Source of the DNA: Novakomyces olei
Lineage: Eukaryota
DNA length: 64,000 bases
NCBI GenBank assembly: GCA_016906335.1
Contig: JADEYG010000001.1
Span: 1,426,001 to 1,490,000, forward strand
Direction: 5' to 3'
Shown here: positions 37,867-49,891 of the stretch, piece by piece
How positions within the stretch are numbered: position 1 is the stretch's first letter
Layout of the letters: every line of letters begins with the position of its first letter
Made by a program: the position numbers and the translations under genes
Notes under the pieces: model-generated
Database searches by the model: none
What the model saw: only the letters and a program-made list of their open reading frames with translations
What the model was told of the DNA's origin: nothing

Positions 37867-40173
37867 ATGGCAGGACGTAAACGGGTCCTATGCGTAGCAG
37901 AGAAAAATTCAATAGCCAAAGCTCTTGTCGGTATTCTGAGCGACGGATCATTTAATACTGTAACGCTTTTATTCATTTTTGCACACACTGACATTTATCA
38001 GCGAAACAGTCCAAACCAGTACGTTAAGAATTACGAGTGCAGTTACAGCTTCCCAAGCTGGGGACCTTGCAGTGTCACGGTGACAAGTGTAGCTGGGCAT
38101 TTATGCGAAATTCATTTTGAACCGCAATTCAAATCGTGGACAGGATGCGATCCTCGAGCCTTATTCGACGCTGCTTGTCGCGTCGAAGTTTCAGATGTAC
38201 GTCTAATGTTCAAGCCTTTATTTCTATTTTCTTCAGCTAATACGATTTTTTGTAGCAATCTAAAGATATCGAACGCAATTTGCTCAAAGAGGGCCGAGGC
38301 GTCGACATCCTATTTATCTGGACAGACTGCGATCGGGAAGGCGAGGCTATTGGTGACGAAATTGCTTCTTGTGTACGCAAAGTAAACTCAGGAGTTCGAG
38401 TTTTCCGTGCGGTTTTCAATAACCTCGAGCGCTCGCACATACTTAATGCCGCTGCGAGGCCTACCACTATTGACATGAGACTTGTAAATGCTGTTAATAC
38501 GCGTCGCGAATTGGACCTTAAAGTTGGAGCCGCTTTTACGCGGTTCCAAAGTCTACTCGTGCAGAAACGCTACCAAAGTTTCCAAAATACTGTTGTTTCA
38601 TTCGGGCCCTGCCAGTGGCCAACCCTAGGGTTTGTAGTTGACCGGTACCAGCGCTGTATGCGGTTCGTTCCGGAGGATATTTTCCACATTGACTTGTCTA
38701 TCAAACAAGAGAATCAGGCGACTACCCGGTTTCACTGGGGCCGAGTCCAAATATTTGACCGATTATTGGCATTGATATTGTACGAGCGTTGTGTCACGGA
38801 TACCACTGGAGTGCGAATCGTCAAAGTCGACGAGAAGCGCAAGCAGCATTGGAAACCGTTGCCCTTGACAACAGTAGAATTACAGAAACAAGCGGTTCGT
38901 TTGTTTCGTATGTCTGCATCAGACGTGTTGAAAAAGGCAGAAGAATTATATCAAAAGGGGTTTATAAGCTACCCGCGAACGGAGACGGACCAGTTTGATC
39001 CGGCTATGGACTTGCGTGCCCTTGTGCAGAAGCAATCAAACAGCCCAGTCTGGGGAAATTACGCTAAAGGGTGAGCACTGACGTCTATTTGCCTATTTGT
39101 TTTTCTTTTACTTTTTTTTCATTTTTAATCTATTCTTTTTTTTAATTGGTTCGCCGAGTTTGGTCATTGAATCGATTTGTTGACTTTAGTTTTTATCTTT
39201 TAATAATTAATCCGTTATTTTTTTATTTATCAATTTATCAATTATCTGTTTTACGTTCGTTATAATTTTCTACTTTGAGTTTGAATCTATAATCTAGTCT
39301 TTTTAGTTATATCCTGTGCTATCAGCCCACTAACAAGATAGCCTTTTGGACGGTGGATTTAGGCAGCCTCGGCAAGGAACACATAACGACAAGGCCCATC
39401 CCCCCATTCACCCTATTGCCTTTGTCGACAGGTCAGCACTAGACCCGAGGCAGGCGGATATATACGAGTTCATTACGCGAAGGTTCCTGGCTTGTTGTTC
39501 CGACAATGCTCTTGGCAAGGAGACTAGTGTTACGGCAAAATGGGGCCCAGAAACATTCTATACGTCGGGGACAGTGGTCCTAGAACGTAATTTTCTAGAT
39601 ATTTATAGGTACGAACGATGGGAGTCTTCTGCAGTAATACCCAATTTTGAGCGGAATCAAGTCTTTCCTCCCTTTGAGTCCAAGCTAGCTACGAGCAAAA
39701 CTACCCGTCCACATTTCCTAACGGAGCCAGAGCTCATATCGCTGATGGATGCTAATGGGATTGGGACAGATGCTACTGTGGCCGAGCATATCAAACGCAT
39801 AGAATCGCGAATGTACGTGGATAAAATCACCGATGGCGGAGGGGCTCCTTATTACCTGCCCACTAATTTTGGTATGGCGCTTGTACAAGCGTACGATCGT
39901 ATTGTTGAAGGACTATCAAAACCCTTCCTACGTAAAGAGGTACGGCAATGTATTATATTTCTTTAGTTATTTAGTTATTTAGTTAGTTATTTATTTATTT
40001 ATTCATTCATTTCCTGATTTTAGACCGAGGATCAAATGAAGGCAATATCTGACGGACGTCAGCAACGAAGAGACGTGCTGGCGGTGAACTGTGAGAAGTA
40101 CCACGAGATATTGGCACGGGTAATGCAGGCTTCTGACCGTGTAATAACGTGCTTGGACGAATACTTACTCTGA
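37867..40173 (+). CDS. TOP3: DNA topoisomerase III (type IA), 5 exons, short yeast-type without C-terminal Zn fingers
   Basis: VAEKNSIAK, TSVAGH, WTDCDREGE, GPCQWPTLGF, catalytic ISYPRTET, AHPPIHP, GIGTDAT. Confidence 0.96.
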
Positions 40174-40340
40174 GAGCTTTTTGATACCCTTAAATTTGAG
40201 AGAATGCTATATTATTCTCATTTATTTATATAATACTATCAATCCCTAAAAAAAAATATACTCTATTATCCTAAATCGACCCATTTATTATTATGAGACC
40301 CAATAGCATTTTCAATTTCATTCTTTCTCTCTGGTCCACT

Positions 40341-41411
40341 CTACGAGAAAATGGCCTTGTCCGACAGCGGATCTGCTTCTAACTGGTACTTGTGCTGCCG
40401 GCCAGCCCGGTCCGTCTTTGCATCGATTCGGTCGACTGCTTGTTGCGCCTTTTGTCTTCGCAGAGCCGAGCGTACAGCATTAGCCGAAACGAATCGCTCA
40501 TTTTTGTAAATTACTGGTCCTCCAAAGCTTCCCTCCAATACCAAGATTGGTGTAAGAACAAAACGAGGACCGATTTCGATCAACTGCATGTCAGAGTCAG
40601 ATGAACGTTTCTCCCCCTCTTTTTGAGCAATTTGATAATGCCGAACCCAAATTTTCCCGTCCGCGAGTGAAAATGTGAGTACACGATCGATAAACGGTTT
40701 AGTCTTGCGTGCACCTTTAGGGACACCAAACACCTGTTTTGTGAGCAAATTGTTAAATCTTATAGTCGAATAGTACCTGAGTTAAAACTTCCTTCATTAA
40801 AACAGAATGCGCATTATCTTCAAACGATTTGTCAAATGATACAATAGGCCGTGAGCCTTTCAAACAGTTTCCAGTCATATTTAGCTCGTCCATCGTGTGT
40901 ACTGTATAAATTAGTAAACAATAGTCTAAGACTCTACCTCGTTTTATTCTTTTGCCTTTTTTTCTGTCTTCCTTCCTTCCCTTTTTTCTACTTTTCTTGC
41001 TTGAATCTCTTCCATATGTGATTAAACTTACAATTTTGAACGTGAAATTTGATCGTTGGACCATTTGGAGGCTTTGCCAACCACATGTACAGATCCATTT
41101 TCTTGCGGGCCTCAAAATACAAGACATTATTGCAGTTAAAAAGCTCGGCCAGCTCATTTAGCTGGCGCAGTTGTGATTTGCTATCCAGCTTTGTATCCTT
41201 TTTTGCATGTGGCATTAGATGCAAAAGATCTTCCAGCAAGTGTCGTTGTCTATACGTTAGAACTAGTTATAATGTTGCAGTACCTAAACGTTGTGCCGCG
41301 AGATGACAGCACAAGAACTTTTTGCCTGATTTTCTTAAATGAAGGCTTTTTGCCGTCATTGGCTTCAGCGCCCGCGGCAGATGCCGTCTTCATCTTGTAA
41401 AGGGCACTCAT
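40341..41411 (-). CDS. BRX1: Brix-domain ribosome biogenesis protein
   Basis: VLVLSSRG, LMPHAKKDTKLD, FEARK..DLYMW, HTMDELNMTGNCLKGSRP, EIGPRFVL...LEGSFGGP. Confidence 0.95.
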
Positions 41412-41924
41412 TGCGACGATGCTGGAATCAAAAAAAAAAAAAAAAAAAAAATTAAAAAAGAAAATAATTGTAATATAATTATATTAATCTCGAAAATACA
41501 CAGCAAAACTCATCCTTAAATCCAAGCGTCAGTGTCACCGGTAATTTATATGTAATGGTACCGCTATGCAATATCTATGTTTGCCGTAGAATATTATCTA
41601 CGAGCGATGCTCTTTGGTAGAATAATCAAAACAGCAACTGTAGCTGAAGCTTCAGCTGAAGCGGCAAAAGTCTGAGAATTCGTAATGCACTTCAGACTTG
41701 ATGCGTATAAAAGCCAATATGAACCAGAAATCGAACAAGCTGCAGTAGTTCAAAGAGGAGATGATAGGTTCATATCTCGACATTAGCCATATATAATTGT
41801 AATTTATGGTATTTTATATCCATTATTGTTCTTGTCCTTCATACTGTTACACTTATCAAAAGCATTCATTTTTCTTTTAGTTTTATATGCCGACCGATAA
41901 ATCGCAATATTGATCACAAACAAA

Positions 41925-42467
41925 ATGGACAAAGACGTTCGCGCAGATGAGACACCGTCGCAAGTAAGACGCGGCCGAATTGCTGTGCCAGTTCGACGCC
42001 TGCCGCTCTTTCGTAAAGACTGTATTTGATAATTCGGTTTTGGAGTCATGTTTAACGCTATAGTACGGTCGTTAATGTACGCGTACGGTGACGACATTAA
42101 TCCAGCAAATGACAGTGTTGCCGTGCTGGAAGATATTCTCGTTGATTACATCAACGATATGGTACGTTCTTATTATTTACGTTCAATTCTATTGTTCACG
42201 TTCAACTCTATTGTTCACGTCGAATTCTATCGTTTATCTGTTGATACAAATGCTTTGAATTTAAAAATGCCTTTTGAGCTGGAGCTAAATGGATAGTGCT
42301 TGGAGGCGGCAAAGGCGTCAGGATCAAGACAAAAGATCAAAGTGGACGATTTCCGATTCGCACTAAGACATGACCATGTCAAATTAGGTCGTATTGAAGA
42401 GCTTTTGGCCATGCAAATGGTAATTGCTGAAGCTCGAAAACAGTTTGATGAGAAAGATTCTGCGTAG
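41925..42467 (+). CDS. TAF13: TFIID subunit 13 (histone fold), 3 exons
   Basis: LFRKD|RSLMYAYGDD.NP..DSV.VLEDILVDYI.DM|C...K.KVDDFRFALR.D..KLGRIEELL. Confidence 0.9.
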
Positions 42468-42655
42468 GCTTGCGCTTCCGAGTGTGCTTGGGTTGTGTAC
42501 GTTGGGCTTTTGTATATATACGGAGGGATTCTGTTGTGATTTGTTTCGTAAATACTCACAAACACGATTAATACTTGTCCTTGTAATTCATATTATGTCA
42601 ATTTTGATCTAAAGTACACTTTGCCTACTGCAGTTTTTGCCTCCCTTATTTACTA

Positions 42656-44105
42656 CTACACATAGCGAAGGCACGCCCGCTCAAGATCCTTCGCGTTTAA
42701 TCCGCTGAGCGAAATGCACTCGTTCAGGGTTTGCGCTGTAGGCTTCTCATGAGCTTCGTCCAGCGGCTGTCGTTTCCGCAACAACTGTGCTTCCCAAAAC
42801 AGTCCTATCACAGAGGCTGCTTCCTTGTGGGTCAAAAGGCCCACGTGTATCAGGGGCAGGGATACATCTTTTTCTTTGCGCTCGAAATTAACAAACGCCG
42901 CCCTGCGCTGAGTGAGTTTAGGGTACGCTGCCCTATAAGCGGCTGGTAGTAAAGATTCGCAGGTCTCGTCGTATACAGCCTTTGCACTCATTTGAGAGAA
43001 ACCTAAAGCGTAATCCAGAGGCTTAAAGCCCAACTCCTTTGTCACCCGAGCACTTAGAACGGTAGAGTGTGGCTGCTGCCGGGTCCCATTGACGAGGGAC
43101 GTGATCAATGATCCCAGTTTAAACTGTGCCGGGTGAATACAGTGGCCATCGCGGTCGAGGTATTCCGTCTTGATGGCCAAGTAATCGAGCCCGTCAAGGG
43201 TAAAGAGTGTAGGCACTTTACTGGCTCCCAATTCGTGCAGCACAGCCTCAACGCCCCGGAAGGGATCTGTGTCCAATCCAGCCAGCTGCGCTACTTTTGA
43301 AAGTGCAGTCCCCGGCTGGAGAGTTTGAGCACCAAACTTGTAAGGCTCAACGGTTATAGTAGCGTCAAATATCTCTCGGTTGGCGGTTCGCCAGCTGTTT
43401 AATATTTGGCTGCACAGAACCGGTTGGTCCCATAAACTTGTCTCTGCATCAAGGGCATAAGCAGAGCTGCCGTTAGTAAGAAGACGGGCGTGTGGGAATC
43501 CAAGGATAGCAGTTCCCAGCTGCGAGGCAAACATTTGTGCTTGTGACAATAAATGTGATTTGCCGGCTCCGGGTTTGCCGTAGAGCAAAATCTGCTTTGA
43601 TCCCTCCTGGTGTTGCAATTCCTTTAGCAACCGCAGGGACACGTGCCGGAGACATGTGAAATTGCGGCCCAGCAAATCTTGCACAGGTTTAGGGTTAATT
43701 AGCCCAAACTCGGAGACGGCAGTGGCAACAGCTTGGGGAACTTCAAACACGAGTCCGGAATAATCTTCTTTGCCTTCGTCAGACAAGGATTTCACGTCAA
43801 GCAACGGAAGCGACACGGACAGTGGAGTAAGGGTTTTCAAGTCTATGATGGACGAAGTGCGGACGGCATCCGTCTCAGCGTACGCTTTTTCTTCCAAGCT
43901 GCGCTTGTCGCGCGGACCAAGAACTTCAAACTTGTTAGTCTCCGTAATTGCTTGATCTATCTCTGTTGGTATCAAAGGTCTTACGTTTTCGGTGTTTGGC
44001 CGCCAATGCCGGCGTCGTTGTTAGACCGCGACGGAAAACGGAGGAGGCCAGAGTCTGCCGCCACTGCGGTCCTGCCGCGTGCCTTACGCAAGCGTAGCAC
44101 TTCAT
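42656..44105 (-). CDS. RSM23: Mitochondrial small ribosomal subunit protein mS29 (DAP3 family)
   Basis: Presequence exon starting at 44105; P-loop G..GAGKS.LL.Q; L.NGSS.Y; WDQP; LFTLDG; SGLN..L at the C-terminus. Confidence 0.82.
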
Positions 44106-44346
44106 AAAAAAGAATTTGTGCCAATAGTTTTAATTATTTTTGTCAATTAATGTATCTAGTATTGTAAGAGTATCAGTGTAAATATCAGCGTAATTATTAG
44201 TACAAGTTAACTATATCCCAAACTTTTATACACGATTTTGTCGATAATATGCTCGATAATAATACTAAGGCGTCAACATATTTAATTCATTTACAAAATT
44301 CATTAATAAAATTAATTAATTTTTTCAGACAAAATAAAATTGTCAA

Positions 44347-45102
44347 ATGGTCCAAAGCCGAACGGAGACTGCCAATGGCGGCGGCAGCGCACCGGAAAAG
44401 TAAGTCGAGACATGTCAGACTGCCTTTGCTAACATTTTGAGGTCTATAAATGTGGAAAAATCGGTGCCATTAGAGTTTGATTTGTCGCTTTTAGCAGCGT
44501 TTGACCACGATGCTCTTGACCGCTCACGTATTTCCGGCGCCGATAACGCTCAAGCAATGAACGCTTACCTGCGCGAGTGCGCGCGTGATGATACTCAGCT
44601 TTTGATGAATGCCTTATTATCGCTGCCCAAGGTCAAATCACAAGACGGTGTCTTTTTACAACTTCCAGATCGGACTACACAGCTGCCACGTGCTAAGCCT
44701 TTACCCCAGCGAAGGCCAGAGACGGTGTGGGAACGATTCGCCCGAACCAAAGGTATTAAAAAGAAGCCTCGTGAAGGTAGAATGGTCTATGACGAGGCGA
44801 GTGGCGAATGGGTGCCCCGATGGGGTTATGGAGGCAAGAACAAGACGGACGAGAACCAGTGGCTTGTAGAGCTGGGAGACGATGATGAGGAGACTAGCGA
44901 TCCACGGACGCGAGCTCGTAAGGAGCGCCTTGCACGGTCAGCGAAAAATAAAGCACAGCAAGACCGGAATATTGCTCTTGCCTCGGGAGAACGGCTGCCG
45001 CCTGCTCCAGGCCGAACAAGCTCCCTGTCTTCCCGTGTGGCTAAAACTTCAATTGTCAAGAACAAGTCAAAGCCGGCTAAACGTCATAGTCGAAGGCATT
45101 AA
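44347..45102 (+). CDS. RRS1: Ribosome biogenesis regulatory protein, 2 exons
   Basis: FDLSLLAAFD, ARDDTQLL.N, LPRAKPLP...T.WERFA..KGI.K, VYDE..GEWVPRWGY. Confidence 0.95.
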
Positions 45103-45836
45103 TGTTGTAGAGCTTGTGTACGCTGAATACAGGAATGGGGTTGTTGAAATTTAATTATTTTCTGTGTTTGCCGCGATCGCTTTTGCACTATAGAATATTC
45201 CTGTTAACGCAGTTACCAGTTGAATCTACTCTTATTTTTTTACTGTGGAATGGAGAAATGTCTGCAGATTACCCTTGCACTGTACAATTTGAACAGATAA
45301 TGTTTTCGTGATTATCATAGTATGCAAGTACGCACCTGAGCTGTTCTACTCGACGTGTATTGTTATGAAGCTGCCCTGAGCCTCAATTCTATTAAAAGCA
45401 TGCTATATAAAACCCAACGCATGCATGTCACCGGTCTAAAATGACCATAAAGCCATTGCCATTCGCGTCCAATCTCAGAGCTAAAAAGGTCTCGCTATAG
45501 ATTATTAAACGCTGAAACAGTAAATCAAACTAAATATAATGCCGTGCGAGTCAATCTAGCACCATTTAAATTGCCAAACCCCGTAAATGACCATCTCCAT
45601 GCAAAAAATATATATTCTTTGTTTATTTCTGTCAACCGTCCTTGCTTATTTCGTTTTCAAGGTATCGGTTTCCAACCTTTTTAGGTTCTTTTTGCCTTGT
45701 TTCCTCTTTAGATTGCCCAATTAATGCACTTTTCTTGACACTCCCATCCATGTTTTGCAATCGTTCTGCTGCTAATGCTTCCCATTTCCAGTCATTTATC
45801 ACGCTTCCGGTTCAAGTTTTTAGTATAGTACTCGTT

Positions 45837-48011
45837 TCAAAATATGGAAGATGCCATCTTGTGGGCCTTCTTTTGTAAATGCTTTGCAAAATTGGTTTTG
45901 CCTTCAGAGCCCGATTTAGGTTGCTGCTCCTGTACAGATGACCTCGCTTTAATCTGTTCATTAACCGCGCTCGCCGTTTCCAAAACACTTTTAGTCGCTG
46001 CCCGAAGAACCTCGTACTCCTTGATATCGGGTGACGTATACTCTTTAATACGAGCCAGTATCAAAGGGTACTTGAGGAACCGCTGAACCGGTTTTATAAG
46101 CAAGCTCCCTAAATCCCAAGCATTCGACCGGCGCATAATTTCTGCGTTTTGGCAGTCCAACCATGAACTGACGGCGGGTTTCTGCCGCGCCTTTTGTAGC
46201 CGTGCCATACTGTACTCCTGCTGAAGATAGTATTCCGAGTAAACGGGTATTAGCGATGCCATCTTGTCACAAAACGCCTCTCCAACTGTCGTCTGATCCT
46301 GTTTAAAGTCCATTAAATTTTCCGAGTAAACTTGAATAGCGTGGGACCTCAGTGTTTCGGCAAACACTGTGGCCACTTCTAGCACGTCCCTAACCCGCCC
46401 GAATATAGCATCATAGTCCTGTGCTGATAGGGGACAATTATCTGTCCATTTCTCCCCATAGCAATCAACGACGAGCCTCATATCGCGAATAAACGTTTCC
46501 TCTGTTTCAATGAGCTCATATATATTGTTTCGTTTCCTTTTCCATCGCCGTAGATCCTGATGCCGCCATTCTTCGCCGTCAAGGGCCGCTTCATCGATTG
46601 ATGAGGAGACAGCTGAAGCACAACTTTCAATTGACAAGGAACGTGACGATCGCAGTGACGAAATGTTGGGCAATGAGTTCCTTTTCCTATGGCCATGCCT
46701 ACCTTCAGTCCCCTGTGAGCCATCAATTTGGCGGGCACTGTCAAGCGCCACGCGAGGCAACGGCTTTTCCAGGAGCAAACCCTCTTTGGGCTTCCGTTCA
46801 GCCGTGTCAGCAGTCTGTAGCATTAGTGGATCGTCAGTGTACTTGGGTGGCTCAGTAAAAGGCCTCCCAGTCTCAGATATCCTGGGCTTTTCGACTCGCT
46901 CAGTTGCGCTTTGGTCGAGCCGTTTAGGCTGGTGTTTTGAGCGTGAAGGCGATGACGGATTTGCTGAAACTTTAGACGCTTTATCACCTCTGCTCTTTTT
47001 CTTGGGCGTTATCGGTGGAGGTGCTATAGCCTGATGCAAGTGGATCTGTGGCACTGAACCATCTGTCCTAGACGAAGAAGGTGGCCGTGTTTGTAGTGGG
47101 CCCGATGGACGGGTCGTTGGCACGGGTAGCCGCTCGTCCAGCTGAGCCTCAAACTTTCTAATCATGGCCGCCATTGAAGAAAGAGAGCTTGACACTGACG
47201 CATTATCTGACGTAGTGCTGTCGTGCGTGTTTGACCGCTTTTCCAACCGCGGCCTGACGGGCTGTTTTAAGGGTTCGTTTCGGCCGGATCCCTGTCGATA
47301 AGACTCTGTCCGACTACTCTCGTGCCGACTTGACAACGAGCTGGTTAAATCGCTTTTCGCTGTGTAATCGTACCCGCTGCTCCGATCGCCCAGATCCTCC
47401 GTCTCGTGCCGATCTTCCCTCTCGTGGCGGCTCGAGCCAGACACTAATCGTGAATCAGGTTTACGTGTGCCCATCGTCCGAGGAATGTGCGCGTCTTTAC
47501 GCGGAGGCGTTGGAGGCAGTGGCTCGTCCCACGGCCCTTTGGGCCCATTTAAAAGGAGCGGTATAGACGCGTAATTTGCGTCGGCAGTACCCTCGCCAGA
47601 CACTTGGTTCCCCGTGTTTTGCTGCTCGTACTTTGAGCTGTCGCCAAGAGTCGGGATCCGCGACATTGAGGGCACTCTGTGTGCCGATTTGAAGGGCACT
47701 GGAGGCGGCAGTACGGTCTCATTGGCCGCAGTGTGCGGAACGAGACGGCCGCGGCCCAGATCGGTGCTCTGTACGTTCTTCATACTCGTGAGCGGTCTTC
47801 TCACGACGAGCGGAGAGCGACAGCGGCTTCGGCAGCGATTGCCGTTGCTGTTCCGAGTGCCGCCGCTGCTGCTGCTTCCACCGCTCTCTGAGCCTGTGAC
47901 GTAATCACCGGCAGTATATGCAATCTGATCTGACGCTTTACAAGCACCGCCACAGCGGCAATGGCGGTTGTAGGCACATGTCGATTCGCCTTTTTGGCTC
48001 AGAGCAAGCAT
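45837..48011 (-). CDS. Dbl-homology RhoGEF (Gef1/dynamin-binding-protein-like) with a long disordered N-terminus
   Basis: KR..IYELIETEETFIRDM; AWDLGSLLIKPVQRFLKYPL; proline-rich PxxP segments. Confidence 0.85.
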   Translation of the reverse strand: MLALSQKGESTCAYNRHCRCGGACKASDQIAYTAGDYVTGSESGGSSSSGGTRNSNGNRCRSRCRSPLVVRRPLTSMKNVQSTDLGRGRLVPHTAANETVLPPPVPFKSAHRVPSMSRIPTLGDSSKYEQQNTGNQVSGEGTADANYASIPLLLNGPKGPWDEPLPPTPPRKDAHIPRTMGTRKPDSRLVSGSSRHEREDRHETEDLGDRSSGYDYTAKSDLTSSLSSRHESSRTESYRQGSGRNEPLKQPVRPRLEKRSNTHDSTTSDNASVSSSLSSMAAMIRKFEAQLDERLPVPTTRPSGPLQTRPPSSSRTDGSVPQIHLHQAIAPPPITPKKKSRGDKASKVSANPSSPSRSKHQPKRLDQSATERVEKPRISETGRPFTEPPKYTDDPLMLQTADTAERKPKEGLLLEKPLPRVALDSARQIDGSQGTEGRHGHRKRNSLPNISSLRSSRSLSIESCASAVSSSIDEAALDGEEWRHQDLRRWKRKRNNIYELIETEETFIRDMRLVVDCYGEKWTDNCPLSAQDYDAIFGRVRDVLEVATVFAETLRSHAIQVYSENLMDFKQDQTTVGEAFCDKMASLIPVYSEYYLQQEYSMARLQKARQKPAVSSWLDCQNAEIMRRSNAWDLGSLLIKPVQRFLKYPLILARIKEYTSPDIKEYEVLRAATKSVLETASAVNEQIKARSSVQEQQPKSGSEGKTNFAKHLQKKAHKMASSIF

Positions 48012-48159
48012 TATCCACTATATAATATATTTAATATAAGGCGGTAGCGCGATACCCAAACTGTGTATTGCGCACCAAAATACTGGAATATATGAAGAAT
48101 ATTGGGGATAATAAGTCTGAATGTGAATATTGATAAAATAGAGTATGAATAATAATAAT

Positions 48160-48285
48160 AATAATAATAAAATAGAATAATAAAATAGAATAATAAAATA
48201 GAATAATAAAATAGAATAATAAAATAGAATAATAAAATAGAATAATAAAATAGAATAATAAAATAGAATAATAAAATAGAATAAT
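48160..48285. repeat. 13-bp tandem repeat (AATAATAAAATAG)n upstream of the RhoGEF
   Basis: About 9 direct copies. Confidence 0.95.
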
Positions 48286-48538
48286 AGTAATAAATAGAGT
48301 AGTGAAAAGAAGCGTTGAAAAGACTAGCCAATGAATAGCAATGACAAAAAGAATAGAAATTGGCGCAAGAGACTGTAAAGGCCTCCGAGTATCGATGAAT
48401 GGGCGATCAAGTATCAGATCAAATTCGAGAATGGAGAATGATTTAATTCTTCGACGCAGAGTCGAAAGCAACTGGAAAAAGTGTTTAATATATAGTGAAT
48501 GCGTAAAAGTGGCCACTATTTGCTCAGATTATAAATTA

Positions 48539-48581
48539 ACGCGTCGTGATGGCAAATGCCTTTAAATGAGACGCGACGCGT
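48539..48581. promoter_or_regulatory. Cluster of MCB-like elements (ACGCGT x2, ACGCGA) in the RhoGEF/TERT divergent intergenic region
   Basis: ACGCGT at 48539 and 48576; ACGCGA at 48571. Confidence 0.45.
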
Positions 48582-49891
48582 TGATTTTGCGCATGGCTTG
48601 TCTTTTCTATAAAGTGCGATGTTTTGAATTGAAGTTCTAGCTAGTGTATCACAATATTCTCACCGCTAATCTGGGGGTTTGTGTGATTGGGTTCGTGGAA
48701 ATCTCGGAATCGCCTATCAGATTTGCGCTTTTATTATGAGTTTAGCCGGGCTCCGTTGCTGGGATTCCATTCAACTTTGTCTAGTACCAGAAGCAGCAAC
48801 TCAAAGTAAAATGATACACTTGAAGGGTACCAGGCAAGCGTGCATTGTACAACCCGTTCATTCGGCTTAAATCGTTTAAACTAGTATTGCTGTTTGTGTA
48901 ATGATAAGCGGACTAGCGCAAGCTTTCAAGTATTTGTCCAAGTTCTCCGTGTTTCTCTCAAGGCGCGCCCAGAGACATGGCGTAATCAACGTGGCGCGCA
49001 ATTTAATCCTTGAAAGAAAAAATAACTACAGATAGAGCAAATGCTCGTTGGCAACTGTCCGCACCAGTGCCTTAAAATTAATGCTTACAATCTGCTGTCC
49101 ATCAACTTTTAATTTTTAAAATTACGGACGTACTACAAGCAGTATTTGCTCCACTGGTCCTTGCTCATTGGTGCCCCTGGAAAGGCGTTTTAGTTCATCC
49201 CCTCACCCAGGACTAATTTCAACTTTAATTTCTGTCTTATTGCTTATACCGTTTGACTCACTCGACCCCTATCTTGTAGCGATTGTGCCATTCAATTATC
49301 CCTTGCCATCAATAAGGTAGTCTTGTTTACCGCTGTATCACCATCATTTCATAACAGGAAATTCGCCGTATCATTTACAGAGCTACGCTAACGATTTTAA
49401 GAATTGCTGATCAATAAATATTCCAAAACATAAATTGAGCCATGCATGTTTCCTATGGGTTCCTAGTGGAACAAATCATCTATAGTCCCGGCTTATCGTT
49501 TCGTCTCCGATGTCGCGAGCATTGTACATATATTAATAATATTTATTAATCATATTTATTAATAATATTTATTTATATTTATTAATATTATATTCGTCTC
49601 CAAAATAAATAATAATTCAAGCATTTTTTAGCACTGGCTCATTGTTAAGAAGGATAGCATATTTTGGTAGGCTATCCAAACTAACCCTAGCTAACCCTAC
49701 ACCTAACATAAGTTTGGGTTCTTATAGATGACCACTATCACAGTCCATTCGTTCTTCAGCGGGAGAAATGCCTTTAGTCATTTTCATTCGAAGAATGAGG
49801 GTCGATTAGACTTGGCTATGAAAGATTTCTGTCGATAGATTTGCAATTGCGCTCTGGCAGTTCAAACGCGGGAGACGGTGTCTAGTGGTGC

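Noticed and set aside
43963-43984. Apparent 22-nt frame-restoring intron in RSM23
   Set aside because: No branch point; a ~61-nt intron using the downstream CTAAC branch restores the same frame
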